Source: Planctomycetota bacterium (GTDB lineage: Bacteria > Planctomycetota > UBA1135 > GCA-002686595). From it: a stretch of 46,155 bases of DNA. Every line of letters starts with the position of its first letter. Position 1 is the first letter of the stretch. Under the pieces are notes generated by a model. The model searched no databases. It saw only the letters and a list, made by a program, of their open reading frames with translations, and had not been told where the DNA came from. Shown in pieces: positions 16,683 to 27,659 of the stretch. The position numbers and the translations under genes were made by a program. Location of the stretch: the NCBI GenBank assembly GCA_047629095.1, contig JBLHWM010000001.1, positions 1 to 46,155 of the forward strand, given 5' to 3'.

Positions 16683-18794
16683 ATGCTCTCGCTCCTGCTC
16701 AGCCTCGCCCTCGCCCAGCCCCAGGACATCCCCGTGGAATCCGAGCACACCAACCATCTGATCGGGGAGACGAGCCCCTACCTGCTCGCCCACGCGAACA
16801 ACCCCGTGGACTGGTATCCATGGGGCCCGGAAGCGCTGGAGCTCGCGAAGAAGCTCGACAAGCCAATCTTCCTGTCCATCGGCTACTCCGCATGCCACTG
16901 GTGCCACGTCATGGAGGAGGAGTCCTTCGAGGACGAGCGCATCGCCGCCCTGATGAACGAGAACTTCGTCTGCATCAAGGTCGATCGCGAGGAGCGCCCG
17001 GATCTCGACGAGATCTACATGACCGCGGTCACGGCCCTGACCGGACGAGGCGGATGGCCCATGAGCGTGTTCCTCACGCCGGGCCTGCAGCCGTACTACG
17101 GCGGGACCTACTTCCCTCCGTCAGCGCGAGGTGGGCACAGTGGCTTCGACGATGTGCTCACGACCATGCGCGACCACTGGGACAACAACCGCGAGCAGGT
17201 CTTCGAGCTGGGCAAGGAGATCACGGCACACATGGAGGAGGTCAACCGAGCCGGCGGGAAGGCCTCGCTGGATGTGAGCGTTCTCAATCGCTCGCTGGCC
17301 CACATGAAGACCAGCTTCGATCCCGTCTGGGGCGGCTTCGGGCAGGCGCCGAAGTTCCCGCATACGATGGACCTGCGCCTGGCTCTTCGGCACTGGAGCC
17401 GAACCCAGGACCACACGGTCCTGCAAATGGTCACCACGACCCTGGACCGAATGGCTGAGGGTGGAATCTATGACCAAGTGGGCGGCGGCTTCGCCCGCTA
17501 CAGCACCGACGAGAAGTGGCTCATTCCCCACTTTGAGAAGATGCTTTACGACAACGCTCTGTTGGTCCCCGTCTACCTCGACGCTTATCTGATCACGGGT
17601 GACGAGACCTATGCGCGGGTCGCCCGGGAGACCTGCGAGTGGGTCCTTGAGGAGATGATGACCGACTCAGGCGGCTTCGCCAGCAGCCTCGACGCAGACT
17701 CCGAGGGCGAAGAGGGGCTCTTCTATGTGTGGGACAAGGCCGAGCTTCAAGCTGTACTAGGAGATGAGCGAGGCACGTGGGCGGCCAAGTGGTTCGGAGT
17801 CACACCCACCGGCAACTTCGAGGACGGCAAGAGCGCCCTCTGGCGCCACGAGAGCGCCTCGGACGTCGCGAAGGCCCTCGGCGTTGAACAAGAGCGGCTC
17901 GAGGCCGCCATGGGCGATTCAAGGGACCTCCTGTACAGGGCCCGGGAGACCCGGATTCATCCGGCCCGGGACGACAAGGTACTCGCCTCCTGGAATGGCA
18001 TGATGATCTCAGCCCTCGCCCAGGCCGGCCAAGTCCTGGGGGAGCCACGCTACGTGGATGCCGCGAGTGGGGCGGCCAACTACATCCTCCAAGGGATGCG
18101 CCAGGAGGACGGGCGACTCTTCGCTACGGCCCGCAATGGCAAGGCCCATCTGAATGGGTACCTGGACGACTACGCCTTCGTCATCGCTGGCTTGATCGAC
18201 CTGTACGAGTCCGACTTCAACCCCAAGTGGATCCACCAGGCGCTCGCCCTTAACCAAGTCGTCGAGATCGAATTCGCCGCGCCCGACGGTGGCTTCTACA
18301 GTACCGGTGACAGCCACGAGACCCTGCTCCTCAGGCTGCAGAGCACGACGGATGGAGCGATCCCCGCCGGCCTAGCGATCCAGACCATGAACCTACTTCG
18401 CCTTAGCGAGCTCACGGGAGACCCCAAGCTTGGGGTCCGGGCCAACGAGGCGCTGGAGTCGAGCGGAGTGGCCGCAAAGGAGAGCCCCACCCGGTTTAGC
18501 CAGCAGCTGCTTGTGCTCGACACGCTACTGGCCAAGCCCTTCGAGATCGTAGTCGCCGGTGAGCTCACCAGCCCGAGTACCCAAGCGATGCTCACCGCAA
18601 TCCGAAGCGCTTACCTGCCCCACCGCGTCGTAGCCTTGGTGGACGGGCGAACCGACTTCGAGCTCATGCCGGTCCTGAAAGAGAAGACCAACGACGGTCC
18701 CGCAAGGGCCTTTGTCTGCCAAGACTTCACCTGCCAGGCTCCGACGGAGAGCGTGCCCACGATGCTCGAGCTGCTCGGGCTAAAGCCCAAGTAA
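16683..18794 (+). CDS. Thioredoxin-domain (DUF255) / N-acylglucosamine-epimerase-like protein, YyaL family
   Basis: [56 protein letters not shown] is the hallmark N-terminus of this family. 703 aa with an alpha/alpha-barrel-like remainder. Confidence 0.9.
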   Translation: MLSLLLSLALAQPQDIPVESEHTNHLIGETSPYLLAHANNPVDWYPWGPEALELAKKLDKPIFLSIGYSACHWCHVMEEESFEDERIAALMNENFVCIKVDREERPDLDEIYMTAVTALTGRGGWPMSVFLTPGLQPYYGGTYFPPSARGGHSGFDDVLTTMRDHWDNNREQVFELGKEITAHMEEVNRAGGKASLDVSVLNRSLAHMKTSFDPVWGGFGQAPKFPHTMDLRLALRHWSRTQDHTVLQMVTTTLDRMAEGGIYDQVGGGFARYSTDEKWLIPHFEKMLYDNALLVPVYLDAYLITGDETYARVARETCEWVLEEMMTDSGGFASSLDADSEGEEGLFYVWDKAELQAVLGDERGTWAAKWFGVTPTGNFEDGKSALWRHESASDVAKALGVEQERLEAAMGDSRDLLYRARETRIHPARDDKVLASWNGMMISALAQAGQVLGEPRYVDAASGAANYILQGMRQEDGRLFATARNGKAHLNGYLDDYAFVIAGLIDLYESDFNPKWIHQALALNQVVEIEFAAPDGGFYSTGDSHETLLLRLQSTTDGAIPAGLAIQTMNLLRLSELTGDPKLGVRANEALESSGVAAKESPTRFSQQLLVLDTLLAKPFEIVVAGELTSPSTQAMLTAIRSAYLPHRVVALVDGRTDFELMPVLKEKTNDGPARAFVCQDFTCQAPTESVPTMLELLGLKPK

Positions 18795-18802
18795 GCCAGA
18801 GC

Positions 18803-19234
18803 TCAAGCCCCGCAGTACTCCACGATGTTGCCACGGCTCTCGTGGATCCGGATCTTGGCCAGCTCCACACCGGGGAACGGACCGAGTTGAGCAAGGACGA
18901 TCCCCCAGAAGACCAGCGCAAGGTTTTCAGCAGTCGAAGTGCGCCCTCCCAGGATATCGAGGTCCTCGTCGAGGTGCTTGTGGTCCACCACGTCGAAGAT
19001 GTGCTCCTTGACAATGGTGTGTAGGTCAAAGAGGTTCATGACCATGCCCGTCACGGGATCCACGGGCCCTCGCACCGTCACAAACAGATCGTAGTTGTGC
19101 CCGTGCCCGTTCTTATTGTTACACGGTCCGAAGAGCCGCGCATTCTCCTCATCACTTAGCTCGCGTGCGTGGAGTCGGTGGGCGGCGGCGAACTCAGTTC
19201 GTACGGTGATCTCTACTATGGGGTTCTTCTTCAT
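18803..19234 (-). CDS. queD: 6-carboxy-5,6,7,8-tetrahydropterin synthase (6-pyruvoyl-tetrahydropterin synthase family)
   Basis: EFAAAHRL...CNNKNGHGHNY...H.ESRGN motifs, 143 aa. Confidence 0.9.
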   Translation of the reverse strand: MKKNPIVEITVRTEFAAAHRLHARELSDEENARLFGPCNNKNGHGHNYDLFVTVRGPVDPVTGMVMNLFDLHTIVKEHIFDVVDHKHLDEDLDILGGRTSTAENLALVFWGIVLAQLGPFPGVELAKIRIHESRGNIVEYCGA

Positions 19235-19480
19235 AATTTACTGGGCTAGAGAGTAACCGAACCACCGACCTGATCTAGGCACCAGATTCCAGAATCAGGC
19301 TTTCGGAAAAACCGAAAGAGTTCTCGAAATCATGAGAGCCGGAGATGCCTTGAAATCACCGTTTGCTGCTCCCTGCTGGCACTTTAGGTCTGAGGCCACG
19401 AAGTCTGTACAAAATTGAACGAATCAATTCCGTGCGGATCTCCGTCCTTTCTGGCTCTAAGAGTCACCAAGGAAGACCCC

Positions 19481-19834
19481 ATGAAAAACAACAAATATAC
19501 GCGTACCCAAGCACTCAGCCTGATCCCGCTTCTCAAAGGGATCACTGTCGAAATCGCAGACCGTCAAACGAAGGTGCTCACGATCGAATCCATGATTCAA
19601 GCCCTTCGTCCGACGGCTCGAGTCCACAAAGACGACATCCAAAGCCATCAGGCGGAGCTCGCCAGTCAGCGCATGGAACTGCGTCGCGCTGGAAAAGAAC
19701 TCGACCGCCTTGGATGTTCGCTTGCCCTAACCGACCCCCTTGAGGTCTTCATCCCCGGCATGGATGAGAACTTCGGCTGGCGTCCGGGCGAGGCCTTCCT
19801 TCGCGAGGCGGCTATCGAGCCCTTCGCAGCCTAA
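19481..19834 (+). CDS. DUF2203-like small protein (tentative)
   Basis: About 117 aa, MKNNKYTRTQALSLIPLLKGITVEIADRQ..., with a coiled-coil-like middle and a C-terminal GWRPGE segment resembling DUF2203. ATG at 19481 preferred. Confidence 0.5.
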   Translation: MKNNKYTRTQALSLIPLLKGITVEIADRQTKVLTIESMIQALRPTARVHKDDIQSHQAELASQRMELRRAGKELDRLGCSLALTDPLEVFIPGMDENFGWRPGEAFLREAAIEPFAA

Positions 19835-19852
19835 ACAAGAGTCCCACTTAGA

Positions 19853-19917
19853 AGCCTCCCGTTCCACGGCGCTCTCCTCCGAAGGGGTTGCCGCGGGACG
19901 GGAGGCTCTTTTTTTGG
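19853..19917 (+). terminator. Terminator after the DUF2203-like gene
   Basis: 10-bp stem AGCCTCCCGT / ACGGGAGGCT enclosing a structured interior, followed by CTTTTTTT. Confidence 0.7.
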
Positions 19918-19948
19918 GGGGGCACGCTCGACGTTGCTACCTAAGCGA

Positions 19949-19983
19949 AGCGCCCCAACCTGACCTTGTCAAGTTGGGGCGCT
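19949..19983 (-). terminator. Hairpin downstream of katG (no U-tract)
   Basis: Perfect 11-bp stem AGCGCCCCAAC / GTTGGGGCGCT with a 13-nt loop, 26 nt past the katG stop. It lacks a clear U-run on the minus strand. Confidence 0.4.
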
Positions 19984-20008
19984 GGCAGGAGCTTGGTCCT
20001 AGCTTCGG

Positions 20009-22255
20009 TTAGCGGGCTGGGCGGTGCAGGTCGAAGCGATCGAGTTGCATGACCTTGGTCCAGGCCGTGGCGAAGTCATTGACTAGCTTTTGCTGGCCAT
20101 CGCTGCTTGCGTAGACTTCGGAGATCGCTCGGAGTTGGGAGTTCGAACCGAAGAGTAGGTCAACGGAGGTTGCGGAGTACTTTTCCTGGCCGCTCGCTCG
20201 ATCGAAGCCGGTGTAGTTGCCCTGATCGGACTCTGACTTTTTCCACTCCGTGTTCATATCCAGCAGATTGACGAAGAAGTCGTTACTCAGAACTCCGGGG
20301 CGGCCTGTAAAGACACCGTGACTTGAACCTTCGTAGTTCGCTCCGAGCACCCGCAATCCGCCGACCAAGGCCGTCATTTCGGGGGCACTGAGTGCGAGTT
20401 GGTTGGCGCGGTCCACCAAGGCTCGCTCGGACCGGAAGTAGGATGCCGAAGAGTGGTAGTTCCTGAAGCCATCGGAGAGGGGCTCCAGGACATCGAACGA
20501 GTCGGTGTCGGTCCACTCTTGGGTCGTGTCCGCTCGGCCGAGGGCAAAGCCCACAGTGACTTCATAGCCGGCTTCCTTTGCGGCGACCTCGATCGCAGCA
20601 CTGCCGCCCAGCACGATGACATCGGCGAGGGAGACCTGCTTGCCCTCGGGAAGCTTGGCATTGAACTCGGCGTGCACAGACTCCAAGACGCCCAGTGCGC
20701 TCGCGAGCTTGGTCGGCTCGTTCACAGCCCACGCGTTTTGAGGCGCAAGACGCAAGCGAGCCCCGTTGGCTCCACCGCGCTTGTCGCTATCCCGGTAGCT
20801 GCCGGCCGATGCCCAAGCCGTCGAGACCAACTGCGAAACGGACAGGCCCGAGTTGAGGATCGATGACTTGAGCTCGCTAAGCTCGGCTGCGCTCAACAGC
20901 TCATAGGACACCGCGGGGACGGGATCCTGCCACAGCTGTGCCTCGGGGAGATCCTTGCCAAGCAGTCGGGTCACCGGTCCCATATCGCGGTGCGTGAGCT
21001 TGTACCAGGCACTCGCAAACGCGGCGTTGAACTGATCCGGGTTCTCGAAGAAGCGCCGGGAGATCTCCCCATAAATGGGGTCCATCCGCAGGGCCATATC
21101 GGTGGTCAACATGACCGGGTTGTTGTACTTACCGGCGATGTGGGCATCGGGCACGATGGCGGCGCCTCCGATCGGAGTCCATTGGTGCGCGCCAGCCGGG
21201 CTCTTGGTGAGCTCCCATTCGAAGCTGTACAGGTTGGCCAAGAAACCATTCGACCACTTGGTCGGCGTCGCCGTCCAAGCGCCCTCGAGTCCGCTGGTGA
21301 TCGTATCGGCTCCCTTGCCGGTACCGTGGCTGTTCTTCCATCCTAGGCCCTGGTCTTCCAGACCGGCGCCTTCGGGATCGGGGCCTACATTGCCGTCCGG
21401 CTTGGCGGCGCCGTGGGTCTTGCCCAGGGTGTGGCCACCGGCGATCAATGCGACCGTCTCCTCGTCACCCATGGCCATGCGTGCGAATGCCTCGCGGATG
21501 TCGCGGGCCGCGGCAAGGGGGTCCGGCTTGCCGTTCGGGCCCTCGGGGTTCACGTAAATGAGGCCCATCTGCACGGCGGCCAGTGGCTTCAACAGCTCAC
21601 GATCGCCTGTATGCCGATCATCCCCCAACCACTCGCCCTCTGGCCCCCAGAAGATGTCGTTCTGGGGTTCCCAAACGTCCGCGCGGCCACCGGCGAATCC
21701 AAAGGTCTCAAAACCAGATGACTCCAGAGCAACGTTGCCGGCGAGGACCATCAAGTCGGCCCAAGAGATGCTCTGGCCATACTTCTGCTTGATCGGCCAC
21801 AGCAGTCGACGAGCCTTGTCCAAGTTGGCATTGTCCGGCCAACTGTTCAGGGGCGCAAAGCGCTGAGTTCCATCCGAGGCGCCGCCGCGGCCATCGCCAA
21901 CTCGGTAGGTACCAGCACTGTGCCAGGCCATGCGGATGAAGAGCGGGCCATAGGTTCCCCAGTCCGCGGGCCACCAGTCCTGGGAAGTGGTCAACAGGCT
22001 GGCCAGGTCTTGCTTGAGAACATCGAGGTCGATCTTCCCGAACTCTGCCGGGTAATCGAAGTCACTGCCCAGGGGATTCCCCATAGGCGAGTTGTGATGA
22101 AGGATGCTCAAGTCAAGTTGCTCGGGCCACCAGTCCCTATTCGTTGCCTCTTGGGGCGTATAGGGATTCATGCGTTCCTGGGCAGAGACTCCATAGCTAC
22201 CGGCTACAAGGGCTAGGCCTAGGAGTACTGGAAGTGGGGTAAGGCGTTGGTTCAT
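20009..22255 (-). CDS. katG: Catalase-peroxidase KatG with an N-terminal signal peptide
   Basis: [25 protein letters not shown], and a two-domain length. ATG at 22255 gives [27 protein letters not shown], a Sec-type signal peptide. Confidence 0.95.
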   Translation of the reverse strand: MNQRLTPLPVLLGLALVAGSYGVSAQERMNPYTPQEATNRDWWPEQLDLSILHHNSPMGNPLGSDFDYPAEFGKIDLDVLKQDLASLLTTSQDWWPADWGTYGPLFIRMAWHSAGTYRVGDGRGGASDGTQRFAPLNSWPDNANLDKARRLLWPIKQKYGQSISWADLMVLAGNVALESSGFETFGFAGGRADVWEPQNDIFWGPEGEWLGDDRHTGDRELLKPLAAVQMGLIYVNPEGPNGKPDPLAAARDIREAFARMAMGDEETVALIAGGHTLGKTHGAAKPDGNVGPDPEGAGLEDQGLGWKNSHGTGKGADTITSGLEGAWTATPTKWSNGFLANLYSFEWELTKSPAGAHQWTPIGGAAIVPDAHIAGKYNNPVMLTTDMALRMDPIYGEISRRFFENPDQFNAAFASAWYKLTHRDMGPVTRLLGKDLPEAQLWQDPVPAVSYELLSAAELSELKSSILNSGLSVSQLVSTAWASAGSYRDSDKRGGANGARLRLAPQNAWAVNEPTKLASALGVLESVHAEFNAKLPEGKQVSLADVIVLGGSAAIEVAAKEAGYEVTVGFALGRADTTQEWTDTDSFDVLEPLSDGFRNYHSSASYFRSERALVDRANQLALSAPEMTALVGGLRVLGANYEGSSHGVFTGRPGVLSNDFFVNLLDMNTEWKKSESDQGNYTGFDRASGQEKYSATSVDLLFGSNSQLRAISEVYASSDGQQKLVNDFATAWTKVMQLDRFDLHRPAR

Positions 22256-22372
22256 GGCGTTTCCATAGGTCGATTGAGACACGGATCTCGGGTGCACCGC
22301 TACGACTGCGTGCAACCGCGAGGCGCCTAGAGTAGACCGCCACCCCGGTGGATGCAAATGATTACCGTTGAG

Positions 22373-22395
22373 GAATACTATGCGTCTGGGTATTC
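22373..22395. promoter_or_regulatory. Candidate operator: inverted repeat GAATAC-N11-GTATTC in the katG/fur-family divergent region
   Basis: GAATAC at 22373-22378 and GTATTC at 22390-22395, preceded by AAATGATTAC, which loosely resembles a Fur-box half site. Confidence 0.25.
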
Positions 22396-22454
22396 TGTGC
22401 GGCTTGACCACAGGGGTGCGCTAGACTAGGGATGCCCTATAGACCACCTAGACG

Positions 22455-22901
22455 ATGAATCCAACACACCATAAATCGAGGCTTGAGAAGCTGACGCGCG
22501 GCTACGCAGAAGCCGGTCTGCCGCTAACTTCACAGCGCCGCACGCTGCTCCATGTGCTCGCGGGCCGTCCGGACCACCCGACAGTCGACCAGATCTATGC
22601 GGAGTTGACCCTCACGCTTCCTGAGGTCTCTCGGACCACCGTCTACCGCTCCTTGGAGGTGCTCACCAAGCTGAACCTCCTCAAGCGCGTCGAGCACCCC
22701 GGTGCATCTGTGCGGTTTGACCCCAACACCGAGCCCCACCACCACTTCCTATGCACTGCCTGTGGAGCCCTATCGGACTTGCCCGCTAGTGCCCTGAGCG
22801 GCACGGGCGAGCTCGATTGCAAAGAGCTGAGCCAGGGACAGGTCGAAGAGGTCTCAGTGCTCGTCCGAGGGCGCTGTCACGGCTGCCAAGACGTCCAGTA
22901 G
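22455..22901 (+). CDS. Fur-family transcriptional regulator (PerR/FurA-like by context)
   Basis: Winged-helix N-terminus (RTLLHVLAGRPDHPTVDQIYAEL), HHHFLCTACG and RGRCHGC metal-site motifs. Divergent from katG. Confidence 0.85.
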   Translation: MNPTHHKSRLEKLTRGYAEAGLPLTSQRRTLLHVLAGRPDHPTVDQIYAELTLTLPEVSRTTVYRSLEVLTKLNLLKRVEHPGASVRFDPNTEPHHHFLCTACGALSDLPASALSGTGELDCKELSQGQVEEVSVLVRGRCHGCQDVQ

Positions 22902-22961
22902 ATCCGATTTCCCGGTGGCTCTCCGTGACTCGAGATTTACAGCGGCCCCAACTCTCGAGAT

Positions 22962-23002
22962 TAAATAAAAGAGAGGCGCCACTCCCCCCGAGCGACGCCT
23001 CT
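22962..23002 (-). terminator. Rho-independent terminator of the EF-hand gene
   Basis: 8-bp stem GAGAGGCG / CGCCTCTC. On the minus strand it is followed by CTTTTATTTA. Confidence 0.55.
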
Positions 23003-23040
23003 CGATTGGGACACATTGACCCAATCACAGTGATTTTGGT

Positions 23041-23622
23041 TTAGGGCTTACGCCGGCTTGGACGTTGGGCCTCGGGGCGATTGCCCGGACTGATCTGGCC
23101 GGCCCGCTTACGCTTGGCTTCGGCCTGCTTCTGGGCTGCCCGCTTAGCTTCCTTTCGTGCGGTCTCAACGGCATCCTGGCGGCGCTTGGCCTGTGCCCGT
23201 TCGTTGGCGGACTGCTTGTCCTTGGCTGCGTCGAGGCGGCGGTTGTACTTGGCCCGCTGGGCCTTGAGCTCGGCGGCCTCCTTGGCGGCAGCGCGCTGGG
23301 CGGCTTGGATTCGAGTTGCCTGCTTGGCTAGGTCTCTGGAGACGGTGGAGCCGTTGGCCTCCGCCATTGCCTTGAAGGCCAAGAGGAACTCGGACTCGCT
23401 GAACTTGCCATCACCGCTGTGGTCGTGGGCCTTGAGCAGAGCAGCGGTCAGTCCGTGGGGACGAGCCTCTGCTTGGGTAACCTGCTGGTCTTGGTTGACG
23501 TCGATACGACGGAAGAGTGCGGTCGCGTCGGCTGAAGTAAGGGGCTGGGCTTGTTCCTGGCCGGAGGCGGCAAGGGGGAGCATGGCTGCGGTAAGCAGGG
23601 AGAGCAGTGCGGTCTTCTTCAT
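23041..23622 (-). CDS. Secreted EF-hand pair protein with a basic Ala/Lys/Arg/Gln-rich C-terminal tail
   Basis: Signal peptide MKKTALLSLLTAAMLPLAASG, two canonical 12-residue loops (DVNQDQQVTQAE and DHSGDGKFSESE), then AQRAAAKEAAELKAQRAKYNRRLDAAKDKQ... Confidence 0.75.
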   Translation of the reverse strand: MKKTALLSLLTAAMLPLAASGQEQAQPLTSADATALFRRIDVNQDQQVTQAEARPHGLTAALLKAHDHSGDGKFSESEFLLAFKAMAEANGSTVSRDLAKQATRIQAAQRAAAKEAAELKAQRAKYNRRLDAAKDKQSANERAQAKRRQDAVETARKEAKRAAQKQAEAKRKRAGQISPGNRPEAQRPSRRKP

Positions 23623-23772
23623 AGTCAGTCTCGTGGGGCATTTGTCGCTCCACTTCGAAGCGACCCTTGGCTTATGCGACTTGCGTGCCAAGGGGCATCC
23701 CTGGACAGGTTGCGACCATAAACTCTAACCAGGAATAGACTTACAGGTGCAGAGCGCAGCAGGCATGACCGA

Positions 23773-23891
23773 CCAGCGCCTCAATCCGCCGTGCCCGAAA
23801 GTGGACACCCCCTGTCCTCGGGCGACTCCGATCTCTCCCAAATGGCGCCCCTTGACCACTCAGGTACAGCCAAGGCCCAGCGCCTCAATCC
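23773..23891 (+). repeat. Two copies of the 15-nt direct repeat CCAGCGCCTCAATCC upstream of the protease gene
   Basis: Exact copies at 23773-23787 and 23877-23891 in the intergenic region between the EF-hand gene and the S41 protease gene. Confidence 0.6.
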
Positions 23892-23950
23892 CACCAGAGT
23901 CCTAGGCCCCACTAGAGCCCCAGCTCGAACCTCTCGCTACAATCTGCGCC

Positions 23951-25273
23951 ATGACCGCGGACCAACCACCCACCTTTCGCCAGGACGCCAAGGGCCCCAT
24001 CGCATTTGTGATTGGCGGCTTCGTCGGTGCCTTTATCTTCGCCATGGGCACGATGACCTTAAAGGATCGGGACACCATGGACTCGGACCTCGCCTTCTAC
24101 CGCGAGGTACGCGAGATCGTGGGCGCGGAGTTTGTGCAGGAGCGCACGGACGAGCAGCTGCTGATCTCCGCGGTGAAAGGCATCGCGGGCGACCTGGACA
24201 TCTACTCCAGCTACTACTCTGGCGATGACCTCGCCCGCGTCGAGCGCTCCACATCGGGCACCTTCCTTGGCCTCGGCGCCATCTTTGCCGAGCCTATCGG
24301 AGAGGGCCTGCTGCTCTTCCCCATGGTGGACTCCCCGGCGCAGAGAGCCGGGCTCAGCGTTGGCGACCGCATCCTTGCGATCGACGAAGAGTCCTTGGAT
24401 GGCATGGCGCCGGGCGAGTTCCGCGCGATCCTGCGCAGCTTGACCGCAGAACCCCTGGAACTGCTGGTCGAATCCAGCACGGGTGAGACCCGCAATCTAA
24501 CGGTGCAACCAGAGAGCATCGTCGATCCAACCGTGCGCCACGGCGAACTCCTAGGAGACTCGGTCGGCTATCTGGCGATCACGTCCTTCAGCCGGCGCAC
24601 TCTCGAAGAGTTCGACACGGAGATCGAGCAACTCCAAGCCGAGGGCATGACGGGGCTCGTGCTTGACCTGCGCAATAACCCCGGTGGCGTACTGCGCATT
24701 GCCCTGTCCATTGCCAACCGCTTTGTCGACGAGGGTCCGCTGCTCTACACCGACTCCCGCATGGGGCGCGAGGAGAAGCGCGCCGACCCGGACGAGGCGA
24801 GCCTCTTGGGTTTGCCCCTAGTGATCCTGATCGATCGGGACTCCGCCAGCTCCAGTGAAGTGCTTGCGGGCTCCCTCCAAGATCACCGAGCCGCGGTCGT
24901 CGTCGGCATGCCTTCCTATGGCAAGGGCACGGTCCAGACCCTCACCACGTTGGAGCGCCCCCACAGCATCCTCAAGGTGACGACGGCCTTCTACACGACC
25001 CCATCCGGGCGCCAAATCGATCGCCACTACAGTGGTGATGAAGAGGCCGCCATCACGCCCGACCTGCTCGTCGCCCAGGCCACCGAGCGCGAGGACTTGG
25101 TCCGGACGCGCCTCCGCTCCTACTCGGCACCCCGTGCCTACCGGACCGCGGTCGGCGATCTGCGCGACTCCCTTGGCCTGCCGAGTGCCCCCCTTTGGAG
25201 CGCGGACGAGCAGCTTGTCGCCGCGGTCGACTTGCTACTTGGAAAGCAGCCCTTATACATGGAGAGCCTGTGA
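23951..25273 (+). CDS. ctpA: S41-family C-terminal processing peptidase with a PDZ domain
   Basis: N-terminal TM helix, PDZ segment (PAQRAGLSVGDRILAIDE), and S41 motifs LDLRNNPGGVL, DRDSASSSEVLAG, YGKGTVQ. Confidence 0.88.
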   Translation: MTADQPPTFRQDAKGPIAFVIGGFVGAFIFAMGTMTLKDRDTMDSDLAFYREVREIVGAEFVQERTDEQLLISAVKGIAGDLDIYSSYYSGDDLARVERSTSGTFLGLGAIFAEPIGEGLLLFPMVDSPAQRAGLSVGDRILAIDEESLDGMAPGEFRAILRSLTAEPLELLVESSTGETRNLTVQPESIVDPTVRHGELLGDSVGYLAITSFSRRTLEEFDTEIEQLQAEGMTGLVLDLRNNPGGVLRIALSIANRFVDEGPLLYTDSRMGREEKRADPDEASLLGLPLVILIDRDSASSSEVLAGSLQDHRAAVVVGMPSYGKGTVQTLTTLERPHSILKVTTAFYTTPSGRQIDRHYSGDEEAAITPDLLVAQATEREDLVRTRLRSYSAPRAYRTAVGDLRDSLGLPSAPLWSADEQLVAAVDLLLGKQPLYMESL

Positions 25274-26322
25274 GCGGTCTAATCCTCGGAATCGAGAGCT
25301 CCTGCGACGAGACGGCCGCGTCGGTTGTGCAGCGCGGCAAGCGCATTCTCTCGTCGGTCGTCCACAGCCAGGTGGCGGAGCACGCCGCCTTTGGAGGCGT
25401 CGTCCCTGAGATCGCGGGGCGCTCGCACCTGCGTGAGGTTCATCGAGTCATCGAGCAGGCGCTCGCCGAAGCCGCGGTCACTCCCGACCAGCTCGATGCC
25501 GTCGCCGTCACGGTCCAGCCAGGCCTGATCGGGTCCCTGCTCGTCGGGCTCTCCGCGGCCAAGGGCTTCGCCCTGCGCCACAATCTTCCCATCGTGCCCG
25601 TCCACCACATCCACGCTCACGTTTGGGCGGCAACCATGGAGCTGCCCGTGGACGACGCGCCCTTTCCCGCCGTTGCCCTGGTGGTGTCCGGCGGGCACAC
25701 CGCCTTGTACTTGGTCAAGGGTCCAACCGAGTTCGACCCCATCGCCCAGACCCTAGACGACGCCGCGGGCGAAGCCTTTGACAAGGTCGCTTGGATCTTG
25801 GGGCTGCCCTATCCCGGTGGACCGTCCCTCTCCAAGTTGGCCGAGTCGGGCACCGCGGACGCCTTCCGCTTTCCGCGTTACCGCCCAAAGGCCCTGCCCA
25901 ACTCCAAGGAGCTCGGACTGCTGCGTCCACTCGGCTTCAGCTTTTCGGGGCTCAAGACTGCGGTGCTCTACCACGTGCGCGGTCAGGACGCCTTGGCTCC
26001 GACGCCAGCCGCCGAGGACATCCCTCGCCGAGCCGATGTAGCGGCATCCTTCCAGGAAGCCGTGGTGGATGCCCTCGTGACCCAGACCATTGAAGCGGCG
26101 AAGCGCGAGCAGCTCGAGCGCGTCTTTGTGGCCGGCGGCGTGGCGTGTAACACGCGGCTCCGGGAGAAGATGTCCGCGGCTGCGACGGCCGCTGGCATGA
26201 CCGCCGTCTTCCCCTCGCCGGCTTACTGCTCGGACAACGCCGCCATGATCGCGGGGCTGGGCTGGCCCCTTTGGGAGGGCGGTAAAGTTGGCGACATGAC
26301 CCTGGACGCATCGCCTCGATAA
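25270..26322 (+). CDS. tsaD: tRNA N6-adenosine threonylcarbamoyltransferase TsaD
   Basis: GTG start giving [26 protein letters not shown] metal motif, GGVACN. GTGA overlap with the ctpA stop. Confidence 0.93.
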   Translation: MSGLILGIESSCDETAASVVQRGKRILSSVVHSQVAEHAAFGGVVPEIAGRSHLREVHRVIEQALAEAAVTPDQLDAVAVTVQPGLIGSLLVGLSAAKGFALRHNLPIVPVHHIHAHVWAATMELPVDDAPFPAVALVVSGGHTALYLVKGPTEFDPIAQTLDDAAGEAFDKVAWILGLPYPGGPSLSKLAESGTADAFRFPRYRPKALPNSKELGLLRPLGFSFSGLKTAVLYHVRGQDALAPTPAAEDIPRRADVAASFQEAVVDALVTQTIEAAKREQLERVFVAGGVACNTRLREKMSAAATAAGMTAVFPSPAYCSDNAAMIAGLGWPLWEGGKVGDMTLDASPR

Positions 26323-26422
26323 GGACTTGGGGACGCCAGCCCCAAAGATGCAAAGTCCGGTCGAAAAAGCACCAGCTTCGACTAGCGTTGGGGGCTCCGA
26401 TGCATTCCAATTCGCAGCCGAC

Positions 26423-27547
26423 ATGAGCACAACTCAAAAAGCGTGGCTGGCCCTCGAGACCGGCGAAATTATGGAAGGCAGGGCTGCTGGCGCTTTAGGC
26501 GAAAAGAGCGGCGACCTCGTCTTCAATACGGCCATGACTGGCTACCACGAGATCCTCACGGATCCGTCTTACTCGGGCCAGGTCGTACTCATGACCTACC
26601 CCATGATTGGCAACTACGGCGTTGCCGAAGAGGACGCTGAGAGCAGCGGGGCCTGGGCAGAAGCCTTCATCTGCAAGGAGATGTGCCAGACCCCCAGCAG
26701 CCACCGTGCTGACCTCTCCCTACCCGACTGGCTTAGGCGCGAGGGCATTGTCGCCATCGAGGGCATCGACACCCGCAAGCTCACCCGCATTGTTCGCGAG
26801 GCCGGCTCTCTGCGCTGCGTCATCTCGACCGAAGAGAGCAACCCCGAGGTCCTTGTGCAGAAAGCCCGAGACGCGGTCACCACGACCGGCTCCAACCTTG
26901 CCGAGGTCGTCAGCTGCAAGGAGCCCTACACCTGGGAGGAGGGCTACCAGGACTCGTATCCCTTCCTTGCGCCCGCGACGACCTCGAAGCGTCTGCGCTG
27001 CGTCGCCTATGACTTTGGAGCCAAGCGCAACATCTTGCGCAGCCTGGTGCACGCTGGCTTCGATGTCACCGTTGTGCCCGCTGGAACTCCCGCCGACGAG
27101 GTGCTCGCCATGGACCCCGATGGCATCTTCCTGTCGAACGGACCGGGCGACCCCTCCGCGGTCACGCCGGCCATTGATGCCGTCGCGAACCTGATCGGCA
27201 AGAAGCCCATCTTTGGCATCTGCCTCGGCCACCAGATCCTCTCCATCGTGCTGGGCGCGAAGACCTACAAGATGCCCTTTGGCCACCACGGCGCGAACCA
27301 TCCCGTGCGCGACATCCTGACGGGCAAGGTCGAGATCACCTCGCAGAACCACTCCTTCGCCGTGGACACGGACACCCTGCCCGCTCACTTGGAGATGACC
27401 CACGTCAACCTCAATGACGGGACGGTCGAGGGATTGAAGCACCGCACGGAGCCGATCTTCAGTATTCAGTACCACCCCGAGGCGGCACCTGGCCCCTTGG
27501 ACTCGACGCACCTCTTCTCACGCTTCGGCGCTCTACTGCGTAAGTAG
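26423..27547 (+). CDS. carA: Carbamoyl-phosphate synthase small (glutaminase) subunit
   Basis: [27 protein letters not shown] catalytic Cys, [14 protein letters not shown]. Confidence 0.95.
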   Translation: MSTTQKAWLALETGEIMEGRAAGALGEKSGDLVFNTAMTGYHEILTDPSYSGQVVLMTYPMIGNYGVAEEDAESSGAWAEAFICKEMCQTPSSHRADLSLPDWLRREGIVAIEGIDTRKLTRIVREAGSLRCVISTEESNPEVLVQKARDAVTTTGSNLAEVVSCKEPYTWEEGYQDSYPFLAPATTSKRLRCVAYDFGAKRNILRSLVHAGFDVTVVPAGTPADEVLAMDPDGIFLSNGPGDPSAVTPAIDAVANLIGKKPIFGICLGHQILSIVLGAKTYKMPFGHHGANHPVRDILTGKVEITSQNHSFAVDTDTLPAHLEMTHVNLNDGTVEGLKHRTEPIFSIQYHPEAAPGPLDSTHLFSRFGALLRK

Positions 27548-27574
27548 CCCGCTGCGATCATCGGCCACAAACAG

Positions 27575-27614
27575 AGCGAGGCCCCCCTGTTCTAGACAGG
27601 GGGGCCTCGCTTTT
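27575..27614. terminator. Terminator between convergent carA and the secreted repeat gene
   Basis: 15-bp perfect stem GCGAGGCCCCCCTGT / ACAGGGGGGCCTCGC, followed by TTTTT on the plus strand and TCTGTTTGT on the minus strand. Confidence 0.88.
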
Positions 27615-27659
27615 TATTAGCCCTCGATGGAGAGGGCCAACCTGGTCAAACGCCTGCGA

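Noticed and set aside
19235-19400. A preQ1 riboswitch upstream of queD (minus strand)
   Set aside because: The reverse-complement leader shows no P1 hairpin plus A-rich tail or CUA pattern of preQ1-I, and nothing I could match to preQ1-II or preQ1-III. Only a small CTTTCGG-AAAAA-CCGAAAG hairpin is present. An Rfam scan would settle it.
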